Assembly: GCA_965219455.1 (NCBI GenBank)
Contig: OZ244744.1
Coordinates: 1,152,001-1,216,000 of the forward strand
Source of the DNA: Candidatus Latescibacterota bacterium
Lineage (GTDB): Bacteria > Latescibacterota > UBA2968 > GCA-2709665
Length of the DNA stretch: 64,000 bases
Reading direction: 5' to 3'
Shown here: piece by piece, positions 1 through 10,003 of the stretch
Numbering within the stretch: the stretch's first letter is position 1
How the letters are laid out: each line of letters opens with the position of its first letter
The notes under the pieces: model-generated
Database searches by the model: none
Told to the model about the DNA's origin: nothing
What the model saw: only the letters and a program-made list of their open reading frames with translations
Made by a program: the position numbers and the translations under genes

Positions 1-2073
1 CTAGAACGCGACCGGTATCAGAGGCGCGTCGGCCTGGTCCACGGCGCACGGAATACGCTGAAGGAGATTATGGCCGAACCGGAAACCCGTCTGTCCGTCA
101 CCGCGTACACCCAGGGCGTCAACGCGTATATCGGCAGCCTGCACCAAAAAGACTTTCCCATCGAGTACAAGCTGCTGGGCTACGCCCCCGAGCCCTGGAC
201 GCCATTGAAATGCGCGATACTGATCAAGTCCATGGCCTGGATGTTGAGCGCGCGCACAACGGACCTCAGGATGAACAACACGCTCGACCGATTCGGAGAG
301 GGGGTTGTGAGAGACCTGTTCTCGTACGATTCAGTTGGCGACGATACGGTAATCCCTGCAGGAACACCATGGGACTTCGAGCCCCGCAAGGTTATCCGGC
401 CGGAAACTCCGTTCGGGCAGGCGTCGATCGGCACGGGACGCGGCACTGGAATGGGAAGCAACAACTGGGCGGTCTCAGGAACCAGAACCGCCAGCGGGTA
501 TCCCATACTGGCGAATGACCCCCACCTGGGCCTCTCTCTGCCGTCGCTTTGGTACGAGATTCAACTCATCAGTCCCAGGCTAAACGTGTATGGCGTATCC
601 CTTCCGGGAGGACCTGGCGTGGTCATCGGATTCAACAGGAATATCGCGTGGGGACTTACCAATGCCGGAACGGATGTATCCGACTGGTACAAGGTTACCT
701 TCAGGGACGACACGCTGCAGGAATACCGCCACGGCGACACGTGGCGTCCCGTGGAAACGGTAGTCGAAGAAATCAGAGTGCGGGGCGGCGAGACTTTTCG
801 CGACACCGTGCACTACACCCATCACGGACCCGTTGTCTGGGATTCAGATTCAGCCACAGTAGCGTCGCAAGGGATTCCCGAACGCCATGCGTTCCGATGG
901 GTGGCTCACGACGGCGGGAACGAGTGGCTGACCTGTCACCGCCTCAATTCGGCGCGTGACTACGACGACTTCGTCGAGGCGCTATCCCACCTCTACGCTC
1001 CCGCCCAGAATTTCGCATATGCCGACGTTGAAGGAAATATCGCAATCTGGCACAACGGCCGGTTCCCGGTAAGGTGGGAGGGCCAGGGCGCCTTCATTGC
1101 CGACGGCTCGGACCCGCTCCACGACTGGCAGGACTGGATCCCACACGCCCACAAGCCCCATGTCAAGAATCCGGATCGCGGCTTCGTCAGTTCCGCCAAC
1201 CAGCGTCCCACGGACCCATCCTATCCCTATTGGCTGGCCGACGTCTTTTCCTCACCGACCCGCGCGCGGCGAATCAACGAACGCCTGGCCAGGATGACAG
1301 ACGTCACGCCCGATGACTTCCGCGCCCTTCAACTCGACACGCAGAATCTGCACGCCCGGTCGGTCCTGCCCGTCCTATTGACGTTTATCGAACCAGGTTC
1401 TCTCAGACCCGACGAAGCGGCCATCTACCAGGTACTCAAGAACTGGGATTATTTCTCGGACGCCGACAAAATTGCCCCTTCGATTTTTCACGTGTGGTGG
1501 ATGGACCTTCATTGGACAATATGGAAAGATGAATTGGCCGCGTCGAATATTCAATACCCGTCCCGGGATCGAACGGTCAAGCTGATTATCGGTGAACCCG
1601 ACGCCAGGTGGTATGACAACACGCGGACGGAACCTGTGGAGACGCTAGCCGACCTTGCCCGCAGTACTTTTGAGGCAGCCTGCACGGAGTTGACTGTCAG
1701 ACTGGGACCGATGGGCGACTCCTGGCATTGGGGACGTTACAGGGGCGCGGAAATCAGGCATCTGTTGAGGATCCCCGAATTCTCGCGAATGAACCTGTTC
1801 GTCGGCGGCGGCCGCGACATCGTCAATGCAACCAACCGGGGCCATGGCCCCTGCTGGCGCATGGTCGTCGAGCTGGGCCCTGACGTGCGGGCGTGGGGAA
1901 TCTATCCGGGCGGGCAGTCCGGCAACCCGGGCAGCCGTTACTACGATAATTTCGTCGACACGTGGGTACGGGGTGAACTTGACGAACTGCTCTTCATGCG
2001 AACGTCCGAGGACGGTGGTGGGCGAATCGAGGAACGGCTGATTCTGGTCAACGATCAGTCCGGCGACAACTGA
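1..2073 (+). CDS. Penicillin acylase / Ntn-hydrolase family protein (5' partial)
   Basis: Frame is open from position 1. Contains GSNNWAV (autocatalytic beta-chain Ser), LANDPHL, WYEIQL and C-terminal PGGQSGNPGS motifs. Confidence 0.93.
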   Translation, partial: LERDRYQRRVGLVHGARNTLKEIMAEPETRLSVTAYTQGVNAYIGSLHQKDFPIEYKLLGYAPEPWTPLKCAILIKSMAWMLSARTTDLRMNNTLDRFGEGVVRDLFSYDSVGDDTVIPAGTPWDFEPRKVIRPETPFGQASIGTGRGTGMGSNNWAVSGTRTASGYPILANDPHLGLSLPSLWYEIQLISPRLNVYGVSLPGGPGVVIGFNRNIAWGLTNAGTDVSDWYKVTFRDDTLQEYRHGDTWRPVETVVEEIRVRGGETFRDTVHYTHHGPVVWDSDSATVASQGIPERHAFRWVAHDGGNEWLTCHRLNSARDYDDFVEALSHLYAPAQNFAYADVEGNIAIWHNGRFPVRWEGQGAFIADGSDPLHDWQDWIPHAHKPHVKNPDRGFVSSANQRPTDPSYPYWLADVFSSPTRARRINERLARMTDVTPDDFRALQLDTQNLHARSVLPVLLTFIEPGSLRPDEAAIYQVLKNWDYFSDADKIAPSIFHVWWMDLHWTIWKDELAASNIQYPSRDRTVKLIIGEPDARWYDNTRTEPVETLADLARSTFEAACTELTVRLGPMGDSWHWGRYRGAEIRHLLRIPEFSRMNLFVGGGRDIVNATNRGHGPCWRMVVELGPDVRAWGIYPGGQSGNPGSRYYDNFVDTWVRGELDELLFMRTSEDGGGRIEERLILVNDQSGDN

Positions 2074-2234
2074 GAGAAAGCGTTCGGGGTTTCGCCGGCG
2101 GCATGGCAAACAAAGGAAAAAGGGTAATACGTGAGAAAACGCAAGAGGGTCGTATCTTCACCCCCTGCGTCAGTAAACCAGTCCGGACTGAATTGACAGG
2201 CCGATCGAGAGGACCACCAGAGCAGAGCGCGTGG

Positions 2235-2435
2235 TTCCGTCCAGCGTAGTGGACCGATGTTCTTCCGTGGTTGGCAGGGCAGCAGGTCCTGTGCATCCCG
2301 TGGGGAAATTCGCGCTGTGCATATGGCAGGCCCCGCGCCCAGCGGCGACTTTTGGTTCCTTTTGGTCGCTTCAAAAGGAACCCGCCGGAGGCATAACAAT
2401 ATTGGGTCCTGAAAGGACCCGTCTTTGGGGGTGGG
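2235..2435 (+). repeat. Structured intergenic repeat (REPIN/MITE-like), related to the inverted copy at 33397-33579
   Basis: Shares blocks ttccgtYcagcg, gcagggca, aaattcgc, ggccccgcgccSagcggcg, a T-rich hairpin and gggggtggg with the reverse complement of 33397-33579. Also has a perfect hairpin gggtcctgaaaggaccc. Confidence 0.55.
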
Positions 2436-2577
2436 CGGGAAAAGCAATTATATTGATTCGCTCAGCATCCACCGCACCATTCGGGCAGTTCACGACCCTC
2501 CCCTGCAAAAAAAACCGTGACGGTGGTCATCGAAACCGCCTTTGAGCTGTTTGCTGACCGCTGATAGCTTTCTTTAT

Positions 2578-2922
2578 ATGATCACAACCGCGATATATGT
2601 TGTCGTATTCGGCCTGATTGCCGGCATGACGCTGCCGTGGTGGGGAATCGGCGTGGCCGGTTTCGTGGCGGGATTCTGGAGGGCTCCGTCCGCGTGGAAA
2701 GCGCTGGGCGCCGGTTTTGGTGGCGCGGGAATCCTGTGGCTGGCCGCTGCAGGCTTTATCCACCTGAAATCCGGTGGCATTCTCACCGTGAAAATCGCCG
2801 GGATCGCCGGCCTTTCGCATCCGTCCGCGCTGGTCGTACTCACGGGGTTGATCGGCGGCCTTGCCGGGGGACTCGCCACGGCGGCGGGATTCCATCTGAG
2901 ATCGCTGCTGAAGAAATCCTGA
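2578..2922 (+). CDS. Small Gly-rich multi-pass membrane protein, hypothetical
   Basis: ATG at 2578; about four hydrophobic segments; PWW motif; host-like codon usage. Confidence 0.75.
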   Translation: MITTAIYVVVFGLIAGMTLPWWGIGVAGFVAGFWRAPSAWKALGAGFGGAGILWLAAAGFIHLKSGGILTVKIAGIAGLSHPSALVVLTGLIGGLAGGLATAAGFHLRSLLKKS

Positions 2923-3072
2923 CGAGAACCGCCCCTACAAAAAGCCGTGCCCGCGGTGATCGAGGCGCGCTCCGCGCGGACATATATCAATTGATATTGC
3001 CGCTTTTAAGCTATTTGCTGTAAGCTGCACGCTGATTGCTGATGACTGATAGCTCAGATACGAAGTTTGATA

Positions 3073-3101
3073 TTGACAAATCCCCTGAGAAAATCTATCT
3101 T
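3073..3101 (+). promoter_or_regulatory. Putative sigma70 promoter upstream of ndk
   Basis: TTGACA - 17 nt - TATCTT. Confidence 0.55.
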
Positions 3102-3164
3102 CTTCACCTTCAGCGTGATACGCAATCTTGAGCTCTCGAACCCGGATGCAAAGCGCGGACGCCG

Positions 3165-3575
3165 ATGGCGGAATGCACATTGATGATTGTCAAACCGGAC
3201 GCGGTCTCCCGGAATGCCATCGGCGCCATTCTCAAACGGGTGGAAGACGAGGGGTTCAAGATCCGGCACCTGAAAATGACGCGACTCTCGCGCAAGGAGG
3301 CCACCCGGTTTTACGCGGTACACTCTGGACGACCGTTTTTTGACGGGTTGATCGATTTCATGACCTCCGGCCCTGTAGTGCCGCTCGCGCTCGAGCGGGA
3401 GAGTGCGGTCTCGTTCCTGCGAGAGGTCGTGGGCGTGACCGACTCGGCAGAAGCTGCCGAAGGGACCATTCGCAGAGATTTCGGGTCAGACGTACAGCGC
3501 AACGCAGTCCACGCGTCCGACTCACCCGAAACCGCCGCCAACGAAATCGCCTTTTTCTTCGGAGAAGGCACGTAG
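3165..3575 (+). CDS. ndk: Nucleoside diphosphate kinase
   Basis: IVKPDAV, FMTSGP, GTIR and RNAVHASDS with the catalytic His. Confidence 0.97.
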   Translation: MAECTLMIVKPDAVSRNAIGAILKRVEDEGFKIRHLKMTRLSRKEATRFYAVHSGRPFFDGLIDFMTSGPVVPLALERESAVSFLREVVGVTDSAEAAEGTIRRDFGSDVQRNAVHASDSPETAANEIAFFFGEGT

Positions 3576-3590
3576 AACGGACACGCCAGG

Positions 3591-4103
3591 ATGATCGTCA
3601 AACTCAACGAACTCGACGCGGGCACGGTCAGTCTCGACTGGGAAGAGACCCCTGAAGCGTTGCATATTCAGGATGAGGATCTGCAATTCGTCGGTCCCAT
3701 CAGAACGCGCATCGAGTTCGTCAAGGTCGGTGAATCCATTTCGGCAAGCGGCAAGACGCATGCCGACCTTCGGCTTGAGTGCGTGCGATGCCTGGAACCC
3801 GTTTCATTCTCCATATCGTCCGATTTCAAATTCGTCTTCCAGAAAAACCGCCCGGAATCCATGAATGATGATGAAGACGAAACCCTGATCTGGCTGGACA
3901 GATCCGGCGACAAGGTGGACCTGGGCAAGGAAATCAAGGACTATATCCTGCTCGAAATGCCGTTGAATCCCCTGTGCAAGACGTCGTGTGAGGGGCTTTG
4001 TCCAACGTGCGGGGAGAACCTCAACCTGACGCAGTGCAACTGCACGACAACCCGAATCGACCCCCGTTGGGAAGCCCTGAGAGCCCTTAAAGACCAATCC
4101 TGA
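3591..4103 (+). CDS. yceD: YceD/DUF177 family metal-binding protein
   Basis: CVRCL, C-x3-C-x-GLCPTCG-x-NLN and DPRW motifs; directly upstream of rpmF. Confidence 0.93.
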   Translation: MIVKLNELDAGTVSLDWEETPEALHIQDEDLQFVGPIRTRIEFVKVGESISASGKTHADLRLECVRCLEPVSFSISSDFKFVFQKNRPESMNDDEDETLIWLDRSGDKVDLGKEIKDYILLEMPLNPLCKTSCEGLCPTCGENLNLTQCNCTTTRIDPRWEALRALKDQS

Positions 4104-4117
4104 AGGAGCATGTCAAA

Positions 4118-4300
4118 ATGGCGCACCCGAAACGCAGAAGTTCCAATTCACGAAGGAACAAGCGGCGGACCCACTGGAAGCTCTCGAAACCCGCTTTCGC
4201 CGACTGTCCCAACTGCGGCCAGCCGCGCAGACCTCACCGGGTCTGCGGCAACTGTGGGCAGTACAACGGCCGTGAAGTGACCGAGGGCGAAAGCGTCTGA
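4118..4300 (+). CDS. rpmF: 50S ribosomal protein L32 (Zn-binding form)
   Basis: [18 protein letters not shown] and [12 protein letters not shown] motifs. Confidence 0.97.
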   Translation: MAHPKRRSSNSRRNKRRTHWKLSKPAFADCPNCGQPRRPHRVCGNCGQYNGREVTEGESV

Positions 4301-4356
4301 TTTCCGGATCCGGCAGTGCAACCCGTTCGTTACCCGATAAATCGATACCCCTGCCT

Positions 4357-5352
4357 ATGAATAAGAAAGTCAATGCTTCAGTCACCGGCGTCTCCCGCTT
4401 TCTCCCCGAACGCCGGCTGACGAATGCCGACCTGGAACAGATGGTGGATACCACGGACGAATGGATTCGAACACGAACGGGTGTTGTAGAACGCCGCATC
4501 CTCGAAGATGGCCTGGGCGCATCCCACATGGCCTCCCGGGCGATGGAGTCCCTGCTCGAACAAAAGGGCATGGATGCCAGTGAAATCGATCTGATTATTG
4601 TCGCAACCGTGACGCCGGACATGATGTACCCCGCCACGGCCTGCCTCGTACAGCACAACGTAGGGGCCGAAAACGCGTGGGGGTTCGATCTTTCCGCCGC
4701 GTGTTGCGGATTTTTGTACGCCCTGATCGTAGGCGGCCAGTTTGTCGAAAATGGAGCCCACAAGAAAGTGGTGGTCATCGGCTCCGACAAAATGAGTTCC
4801 GTCGTCGACTATACCAACCGGGAAACCTGCATCCTGTTCGGAGACGGCGCGGGGGCTGTCCTCCTGGAACCCGATGATTCCGGGGCGGGCATCCAGGACT
4901 TTATCCTGAAAGTGGACGGATCGGGCGGCCAGTACCTCTGCCAGCCTGCCGGGGGCAGCCTGCGTCCGGCCAGCCACGAGACCGTGAACGAAAAAATGCA
5001 TTACGTTCAACAGGACGGGCCCCGCGTGCTCAAGTTTGCCAGCAGCAGCATGGCCGCCGTATCGGCCGACCTGCTGGAACGCAACGGGCTCAGCGGCGAC
5101 GATATCACCCTGCTGGTGCCGCACCAGGCGAACAAACGCATCATCGATGCCACGGCCCGCCGAATGAAGCTGGCGCCGGAACGCGTGCTGATCAACATCG
5201 ACCGATACGCGAACACGACGTCCGGCACAATCCCCATCGCCCTTTCCGAAGCGGTCGAACAGAGCCGCGTCAAACGGGACGACTACATCGTACTGGCCAG
5301 CGCGGGGGCCGGCTACACCTGGGGAAGCGCCCTTCTGAAATGGGCGTACTAA
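4357..5352 (+). CDS. fabH: 3-oxoacyl-ACP synthase III
   Basis: DTTDEWI, DLSAACCGF (Cys), LFGDGAGA, PHQAN (His) and YANT (Asn). Confidence 0.96.
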   Translation: MNKKVNASVTGVSRFLPERRLTNADLEQMVDTTDEWIRTRTGVVERRILEDGLGASHMASRAMESLLEQKGMDASEIDLIIVATVTPDMMYPATACLVQHNVGAENAWGFDLSAACCGFLYALIVGGQFVENGAHKKVVVIGSDKMSSVVDYTNRETCILFGDGAGAVLLEPDDSGAGIQDFILKVDGSGGQYLCQPAGGSLRPASHETVNEKMHYVQQDGPRVLKFASSSMAAVSADLLERNGLSGDDITLLVPHQANKRIIDATARRMKLAPERVLINIDRYANTTSGTIPIALSEAVEQSRVKRDDYIVLASAGAGYTWGSALLKWAY

Positions 5353-5410
5353 AACCGTCATTCCGGAGCCGGTGGCCGGAATTCACAGGCAAAAACGTAT
5401 CCTGAACGTT

Positions 5411-6331
5411 ATGTCCTTAGCCTTCTTATTCCCCGGCCAGGGTGCGCAATACGTGGGAATGGCCAGCGATCTTTACAAAGCCTCCCCCATTGCCCAGTAC
5501 GTGTTCAATCTGACCGACCGGATCTCCGAGACCGGACTGAAAACATTCTGTTTCGACGGCCCGGAAGAATCCCTGAAACAGACGGCCATCACACAGCCGG
5601 CCATCTTCGCGCACAGCATCTCGGTGTTTGAAATCCTGAAAGACAGGGGCATCCACCCCGATTTCGTGGCCGGCCACAGCGTGGGCGAACTTTCGGCTCT
5701 GGTCGCCGCCGGGGTCATGTCCCTGGAAGACGGCGTCAGGATTGTGGGGATCCGGGGGCGGGCCATGCATGCCGCGGGAAAGATGCATCCGGGCACCATG
5801 GCGGCCATCATCGGCCTGAGCGACAGCGCGGTCGCGGACCTCTGCCAATCGCTCGGTCCCAACGGTATGGTCGTGCCGGCCAACTTCAACTGCCCGGGGC
5901 AGGTCGTTATTTCCGGCGAGCCCACCGCCATTAAACGGGCCATGCGCAAGGCATTGGAGGAAGGCGCCAGGCGGGTTGTGGAACTCCCTGTCAGCGGCGC
6001 TTTTCACTCGGGGCTTATGCGAACCGCGCTGGGCACGCTGGCAGGCGCCCTCGCAAAGGTGCCATTCTCGCCGGCGCGCATCCCGGTGGTGCCGAACACG
6101 ACGGCCGAACCCACAACCGATCCGGACCTGCTCAAAGACCTCCTTGTCAGACAGGTTGTCTCGCCCGTCCGATGGACGGATTCGATGGCGCGGCTTGTTT
6201 CGGAAGGCGTGGACCGCGCGATTGAAGCCGGTCCGGGAAGTACATTGAAAGCCCTGATGCGGCGCATTGAAAAGCGCGTCGCCGTCTCGTCGGTGGGAAC
6301 ACTCGACGACCTGGAAAGTCTTACGATATGA
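5411..6331 (+). CDS. fabD: Malonyl-CoA:ACP transacylase
   Basis: FPGQGAQ, GHSVGE and VSGAFHS motifs; ATG at 5411 preferred as start. Confidence 0.96.
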   Translation: MSLAFLFPGQGAQYVGMASDLYKASPIAQYVFNLTDRISETGLKTFCFDGPEESLKQTAITQPAIFAHSISVFEILKDRGIHPDFVAGHSVGELSALVAAGVMSLEDGVRIVGIRGRAMHAAGKMHPGTMAAIIGLSDSAVADLCQSLGPNGMVVPANFNCPGQVVISGEPTAIKRAMRKALEEGARRVVELPVSGAFHSGLMRTALGTLAGALAKVPFSPARIPVVPNTTAEPTTDPDLLKDLLVRQVVSPVRWTDSMARLVSEGVDRAIEAGPGSTLKALMRRIEKRVAVSSVGTLDDLESLTI

Positions 6332-7074
6332 TGCGCCTCAAAGACAAAACCGCAGTCGTCACGGGCGGATCCCGCGGCATCGGCGAGGCCATCGCAAACC
6401 GCCTGGCGGAAGAAGGCGCCAGGGTGGCGGTGTGCGCCAGCCGGAGCCTCGACCGCGCACAGGCAGTCGCCGACGGCATCGAAAACCGCGGCGGCAGCGG
6501 GCTTGCCCTGCAGGCGGACGTTTCGAACCCCGCCGACGTCACCGGCCTTTTCAAGACCGTCCTGGACCGCTGGGGCGGGCTGGACGTTCTGGTCAACAAC
6601 GCCGGCATTGCCCGAGACGGGTTGCTGATGCGCCTGAAGCCGGCAGATTGGGACGCCGTTCTGGACGTCAATCTCAAAGGCGCGTTCCTGTGTATGCAGG
6701 CGGCCGTGCGGCCGATGATGAGGGTGCGGTCCGGGCGGATCATCAATATCTCATCCGTAACGGGGCTGATGGGAAACCCCGGACAGGCCGCGTACACGGC
6801 GGCGAAATCGGGGCTCATCGGCCTTACAAAGACCGCAGCGAAAGAACTGGCGAGCAGGGGAATCACCGCCAACGTGGTCGCGCCGGGATATATTCCTACC
6901 GAAATGACTGAAAAACTCCCGGAAGACCTCAAAGAGAAGATTCTTGAACAGGTTCCGCTGGGTGCGCCGGGGAAACCCGAAGATATCGCGGCAGCGGTCG
7001 CGTTTCTGGCCTCGAACGACGCCGCCTATATCACCGGGCAGGTCCTGGTGGTGGACGGCGGGATGGTGATGTAG
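6328..7074 (+). CDS. fabG: 3-oxoacyl-ACP reductase
   Basis: [13 protein letters not shown] and YTAAK (YxxxK) motifs; fab cluster context. Confidence 0.96.
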   Translation: MMRLKDKTAVVTGGSRGIGEAIANRLAEEGARVAVCASRSLDRAQAVADGIENRGGSGLALQADVSNPADVTGLFKTVLDRWGGLDVLVNNAGIARDGLLMRLKPADWDAVLDVNLKGAFLCMQAAVRPMMRVRSGRIINISSVTGLMGNPGQAAYTAAKSGLIGLTKTAAKELASRGITANVVAPGYIPTEMTEKLPEDLKEKILEQVPLGAPGKPEDIAAAVAFLASNDAAYITGQVLVVDGGMVM

Positions 7075-7142
7075 TGTTCTGTCGCGGACAATCCCACGCC
7101 GGGACCCGCCATTCGCCATATAAGATAAGGGAGATAGTTGCC

Positions 7143-7385
7143 ATGGCTGAAAAAATTCAACAAAAAGTCATCGATCTCATCGTAGACCAGTTGGGCGTGG
7201 ATGCGGACAGCGTCACTCCGCAAGCCCATTTCATAGACGATCTGGGCGCGGATTCGCTGGACACGGTCGAACTGGTGATGGCCTTCGAAGAGGAATTCGA
7301 TATTGAAGTTCCCGACGAAGACGCCGAAAAGCTGGAGACCGTGAGCGACGTTACGAATTATCTCAAAGAACGCCTGAATGAATAG
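7143..7385 (+). CDS. acpP: Acyl carrier protein
   Basis: [12 protein letters not shown] phosphopantetheine site; SD agggag before ATG 7143. Confidence 0.97.
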   Translation: MAEKIQQKVIDLIVDQLGVDADSVTPQAHFIDDLGADSLDTVELVMAFEEEFDIEVPDEDAEKLETVSDVTNYLKERLNE

Positions 7386-7471
7386 CCGGCCGCTCCGATA
7401 GCCCCAACGTCGCAAGGCGGCGGGCGCCGACGCATCGGCATTCATTGCACGCAATACCCCGCAGCTGAGAA

Positions 7472-8749
7472 TTGACAACTCGGGGGAACGTACCCTTGAA
7501 CGGAAATCGAAGGGTTGTGGTGACGGGCCTCGGTGTCCTCGCGCCCAACGGAATGAACACCGACGCCTTCTGGGACGCGCTGCTCAACGGAGAAAGCGGC
7601 GTCGATCGCATCAGACGTTTCGATCCGACGGGGTTCCGGGTCACGTTCGGAGCCGAAGTGAAGGATTTCGACGCGGAACGGTTCGGTCTGGACCGCAGAC
7701 TGGCGCGGCGCAACGATCTGTGCACCCAGTATGCCATCTGTTGCGCGCAAATGGCCGTAGCGGACGCGAACCTGGACGTGGACGCCGGGAATCCCGACCG
7801 GATGGGCGTGATTTTCGGCTCGGGCATCGGCGGCATCCGGACCTTTGAAGAGCAGCATACCGTCCTCATGCAGAAGGGCGCCCGGCGGATCAGTCCTTTC
7901 TTCATACCCATGATGATTCCGGACATGACGTCCGGGCAGGTTTCCATCGTGCTCGGCGCCCGCGGACCGAACTATACCACGGTGTCCGCCTGCTCCTCCG
8001 CCGCGCACGCCATCGGAAGCGCCTTTCGGGAAATCCGGTACAACGAGGCCGACGTCATGGTCACAGGCGGCGCCGAAGCGGCCGTAAGCGCAATGGCGTT
8101 GGGAGGATTCGCTTCAATGAAGGCGCTGTCCACGCGTAACGAGGATCCGCAGCGGGCCAGTCGTCCCTTCGACGTGGAGCGCGACGGATTCGTACTCGGC
8201 GAGGGCTCCGGCGCTCTCATTCTGGAAGAACTGGAACACGCGCGTCGCAGGGATGCCCGGATTTACGCCGAGATCGCGGGCGCGGGGTTCACTGCCGACG
8301 CGTATCACGTCACCGACATGGCCCCGGGCGGCGAGGGGGGCGCGCGGGCCATGAGAATCGCACTGGACCGGGCCGGCCTGAACCCCGAGGACGTGGACTA
8401 TATCAATGCCCACGGCACCTCGACCCCGATTGGCGACCGGACCGAAACCGCGGCCATTAAATCCGCCCTGGGAGATCACGCGAAACACGCCGCGGTCAGT
8501 TCCACCAAATCCATGACGGGCCACCTGCTGGGCGCCTCCGGCGCAATTGAAAGCATCGCCTGCCTCCTGGCCATCCATCACGGCCGGGTACCTCCCACCA
8601 TCAATTACGAACATCCGGACCCGGAGTGCGACCTCGACTACGTTCCCAACGCGGCCCGTGAAATCCCGGTCCGGGTGGCTTTAAACAACTCCTTCGGATT
8701 CGGCGGGCACAACGCGGTCCTCGCCATGCGCGAATACGACGGTCGGTAA
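7472..8749 (+). CDS. fabF: 3-oxoacyl-ACP synthase II
   Basis: RRVVVTG, SACSS, DAYH, NAHGTST, KSMTGH and NSFGFGGHN motifs; exact start codon uncertain (TTG). Confidence 0.96.
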   Translation: MTTRGNVPLNGNRRVVVTGLGVLAPNGMNTDAFWDALLNGESGVDRIRRFDPTGFRVTFGAEVKDFDAERFGLDRRLARRNDLCTQYAICCAQMAVADANLDVDAGNPDRMGVIFGSGIGGIRTFEEQHTVLMQKGARRISPFFIPMMIPDMTSGQVSIVLGARGPNYTTVSACSSAAHAIGSAFREIRYNEADVMVTGGAEAAVSAMALGGFASMKALSTRNEDPQRASRPFDVERDGFVLGEGSGALILEELEHARRRDARIYAEIAGAGFTADAYHVTDMAPGGEGGARAMRIALDRAGLNPEDVDYINAHGTSTPIGDRTETAAIKSALGDHAKHAAVSSTKSMTGHLLGASGAIESIACLLAIHHGRVPPTINYEHPDPECDLDYVPNAAREIPVRVALNNSFGFGGHNAVLAMREYDGR

Positions 8750-8863
8750 AACAACACAACGGCCCGACCTCCGGAAGGTCCTCGCGGCGTCAAAACGAGC
8801 CTGTCCGCGCGTTCGTTGAGCTTGTTCAATCGTGGCCGCTAAAAGCTTGTTGAAGCGCCCGCT

Positions 8864-8925
8864 CTTCGCTACCCTTCGACCCTTCGACAGGCTCAGGGAC
8901 CGCAAGCTCAGGGAGCGGCTCAGGA
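8864..8925. repeat. Nested REP-like elements of the CCCTTCGACA(A/G)GCTCAGGG family
   Basis: cccttcga[cccttcgacaggctcagggaccg]caagctcagggagcgg; degenerate complementary arms lie upstream (8810-8855). Confidence 0.65.
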
Positions 8926-9066
8926 GCCAGGCTATATGAATTTCGTCACGTGCGTTGCCTTTGCCGGTCTGCCGAATTTCGGCAATCTGTTTCCGGCACG
9001 GAACCCTGGCCGAGTTCGTTTTGACACCGTTTTTGGCGATCCGGAATAGCCGGCACACCCTGGAGG

Positions 9067-9825
9067 GTGAAGCTTATCGGACTTGGCAACTTACGACATG
9101 CGGTCGTGCGCTGGCTCACGGGTGAACGAGAAGCGCACTCTCCGGAGCAACTTCAGGAAAAACTCGGATATCGTTTTTCCGATCCCGACCTCCTGGTCCA
9201 GGCGATCAAACACCGCTCCTACGTTTATTCCATGGACGAAGGGAGCATCGCCTCAAACGAACGGCTGGAGTTTCTGGGCGACGCCGTACTGGATCTGCTG
9301 GTCACCGAGAACCTGTATCGGAATTTCCAGAACAAACGAGAGGGCGACCTGACCCAAATCAAGTCGGTACTCGTCAGCAAAGTCATTCTCTCCCAGCGGG
9401 GCCGGGCTATCGGACTCGGACACTACATCCTGCTAAGCAAAGAAGAGGACCTGGCGGGAGGAAGAGAACGGACCTCCATCATCGGCGACGCATACGAGGC
9501 CATTCTCGGCGCAATCTACCTCGACGGCGGCTTAAAGGCCGCGGCCACGTTCGTGCAGCGTCATCTCCTCTGCAACATCGAGGCGATTGTCGCCAACAAC
9601 AGCTATCTCAATTTCAAAAGCGCCCTCCTGGAGCATACGCAGGGCGAAGGCCGGGGACACCCCCGCTATCTGGTCAGTTCGGAAGAGGGACCGGACCACC
9701 ACAAAATGTTCAGCGTCGAGGTCCTGATCGGCGGTGAACGCACGGGCTTCGGAAAGGGCCGCAGCAAAAAAGAAGCACAACAGATGGCGGCGAAAGAGGC
9801 GTTGGAGAAGCTGGGGGTTTCTTGA
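9067..9825 (+). CDS. rnc: Ribonuclease III
   Basis: NERLEFLGDAVL signature, DAYEAILGAIYLD and a C-terminal dsRBD (G.GRSKKEAQQ.AA); SD ggagg. Confidence 0.97.
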   Translation: MKLIGLGNLRHAVVRWLTGEREAHSPEQLQEKLGYRFSDPDLLVQAIKHRSYVYSMDEGSIASNERLEFLGDAVLDLLVTENLYRNFQNKREGDLTQIKSVLVSKVILSQRGRAIGLGHYILLSKEEDLAGGRERTSIIGDAYEAILGAIYLDGGLKAAATFVQRHLLCNIEAIVANNSYLNFKSALLEHTQGEGRGHPRYLVSSEEGPDHHKMFSVEVLIGGERTGFGKGRSKKEAQQMAAKEALEKLGVS

Positions 9826-9842
9826 ACCATGCAGGCAACGAG

Positions 9843-10003
9843 TGTTCTGTCCCGGAAATAAGTTGCCTGAATTCGGCCGTCGAGTCGCCCGGCTCGCAAG
9901 GCGCCAGAGCGCAGGCGACCTGGGCAAGGTCGGCCAGCGATGGCAACGTAGCGAGACGGGATGAATCGTCGGAAGAATGGTGAGGTATTTTTGGGACAGG
10001 ACA
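9843..10003. mobile_element. MITE (family B) with TIRs TGTYCTGTCCCRRAAATA and flanks CGAG/CTAG
   Basis: Left end tgttctgtcccggaaata, right end tatttttgggacaggaca; no transposase; inverted second copy at 20363-20485. Confidence 0.8.

Noticed and set aside
2545-3057. Short heptamer-like GCTGA(T/C)NN runs (2545-2570, 3017-3057, also 33671-33691) as a possible CRISPR or iteron array
   Set aside because: Only two to four degenerate units with no spacers; they look like common short tandem repeats.
7386-7470. Possible structured RNA or riboswitch between acpP and fabF
   Set aside because: Pairing potential is expected at this GC content and no family consensus was recognised.
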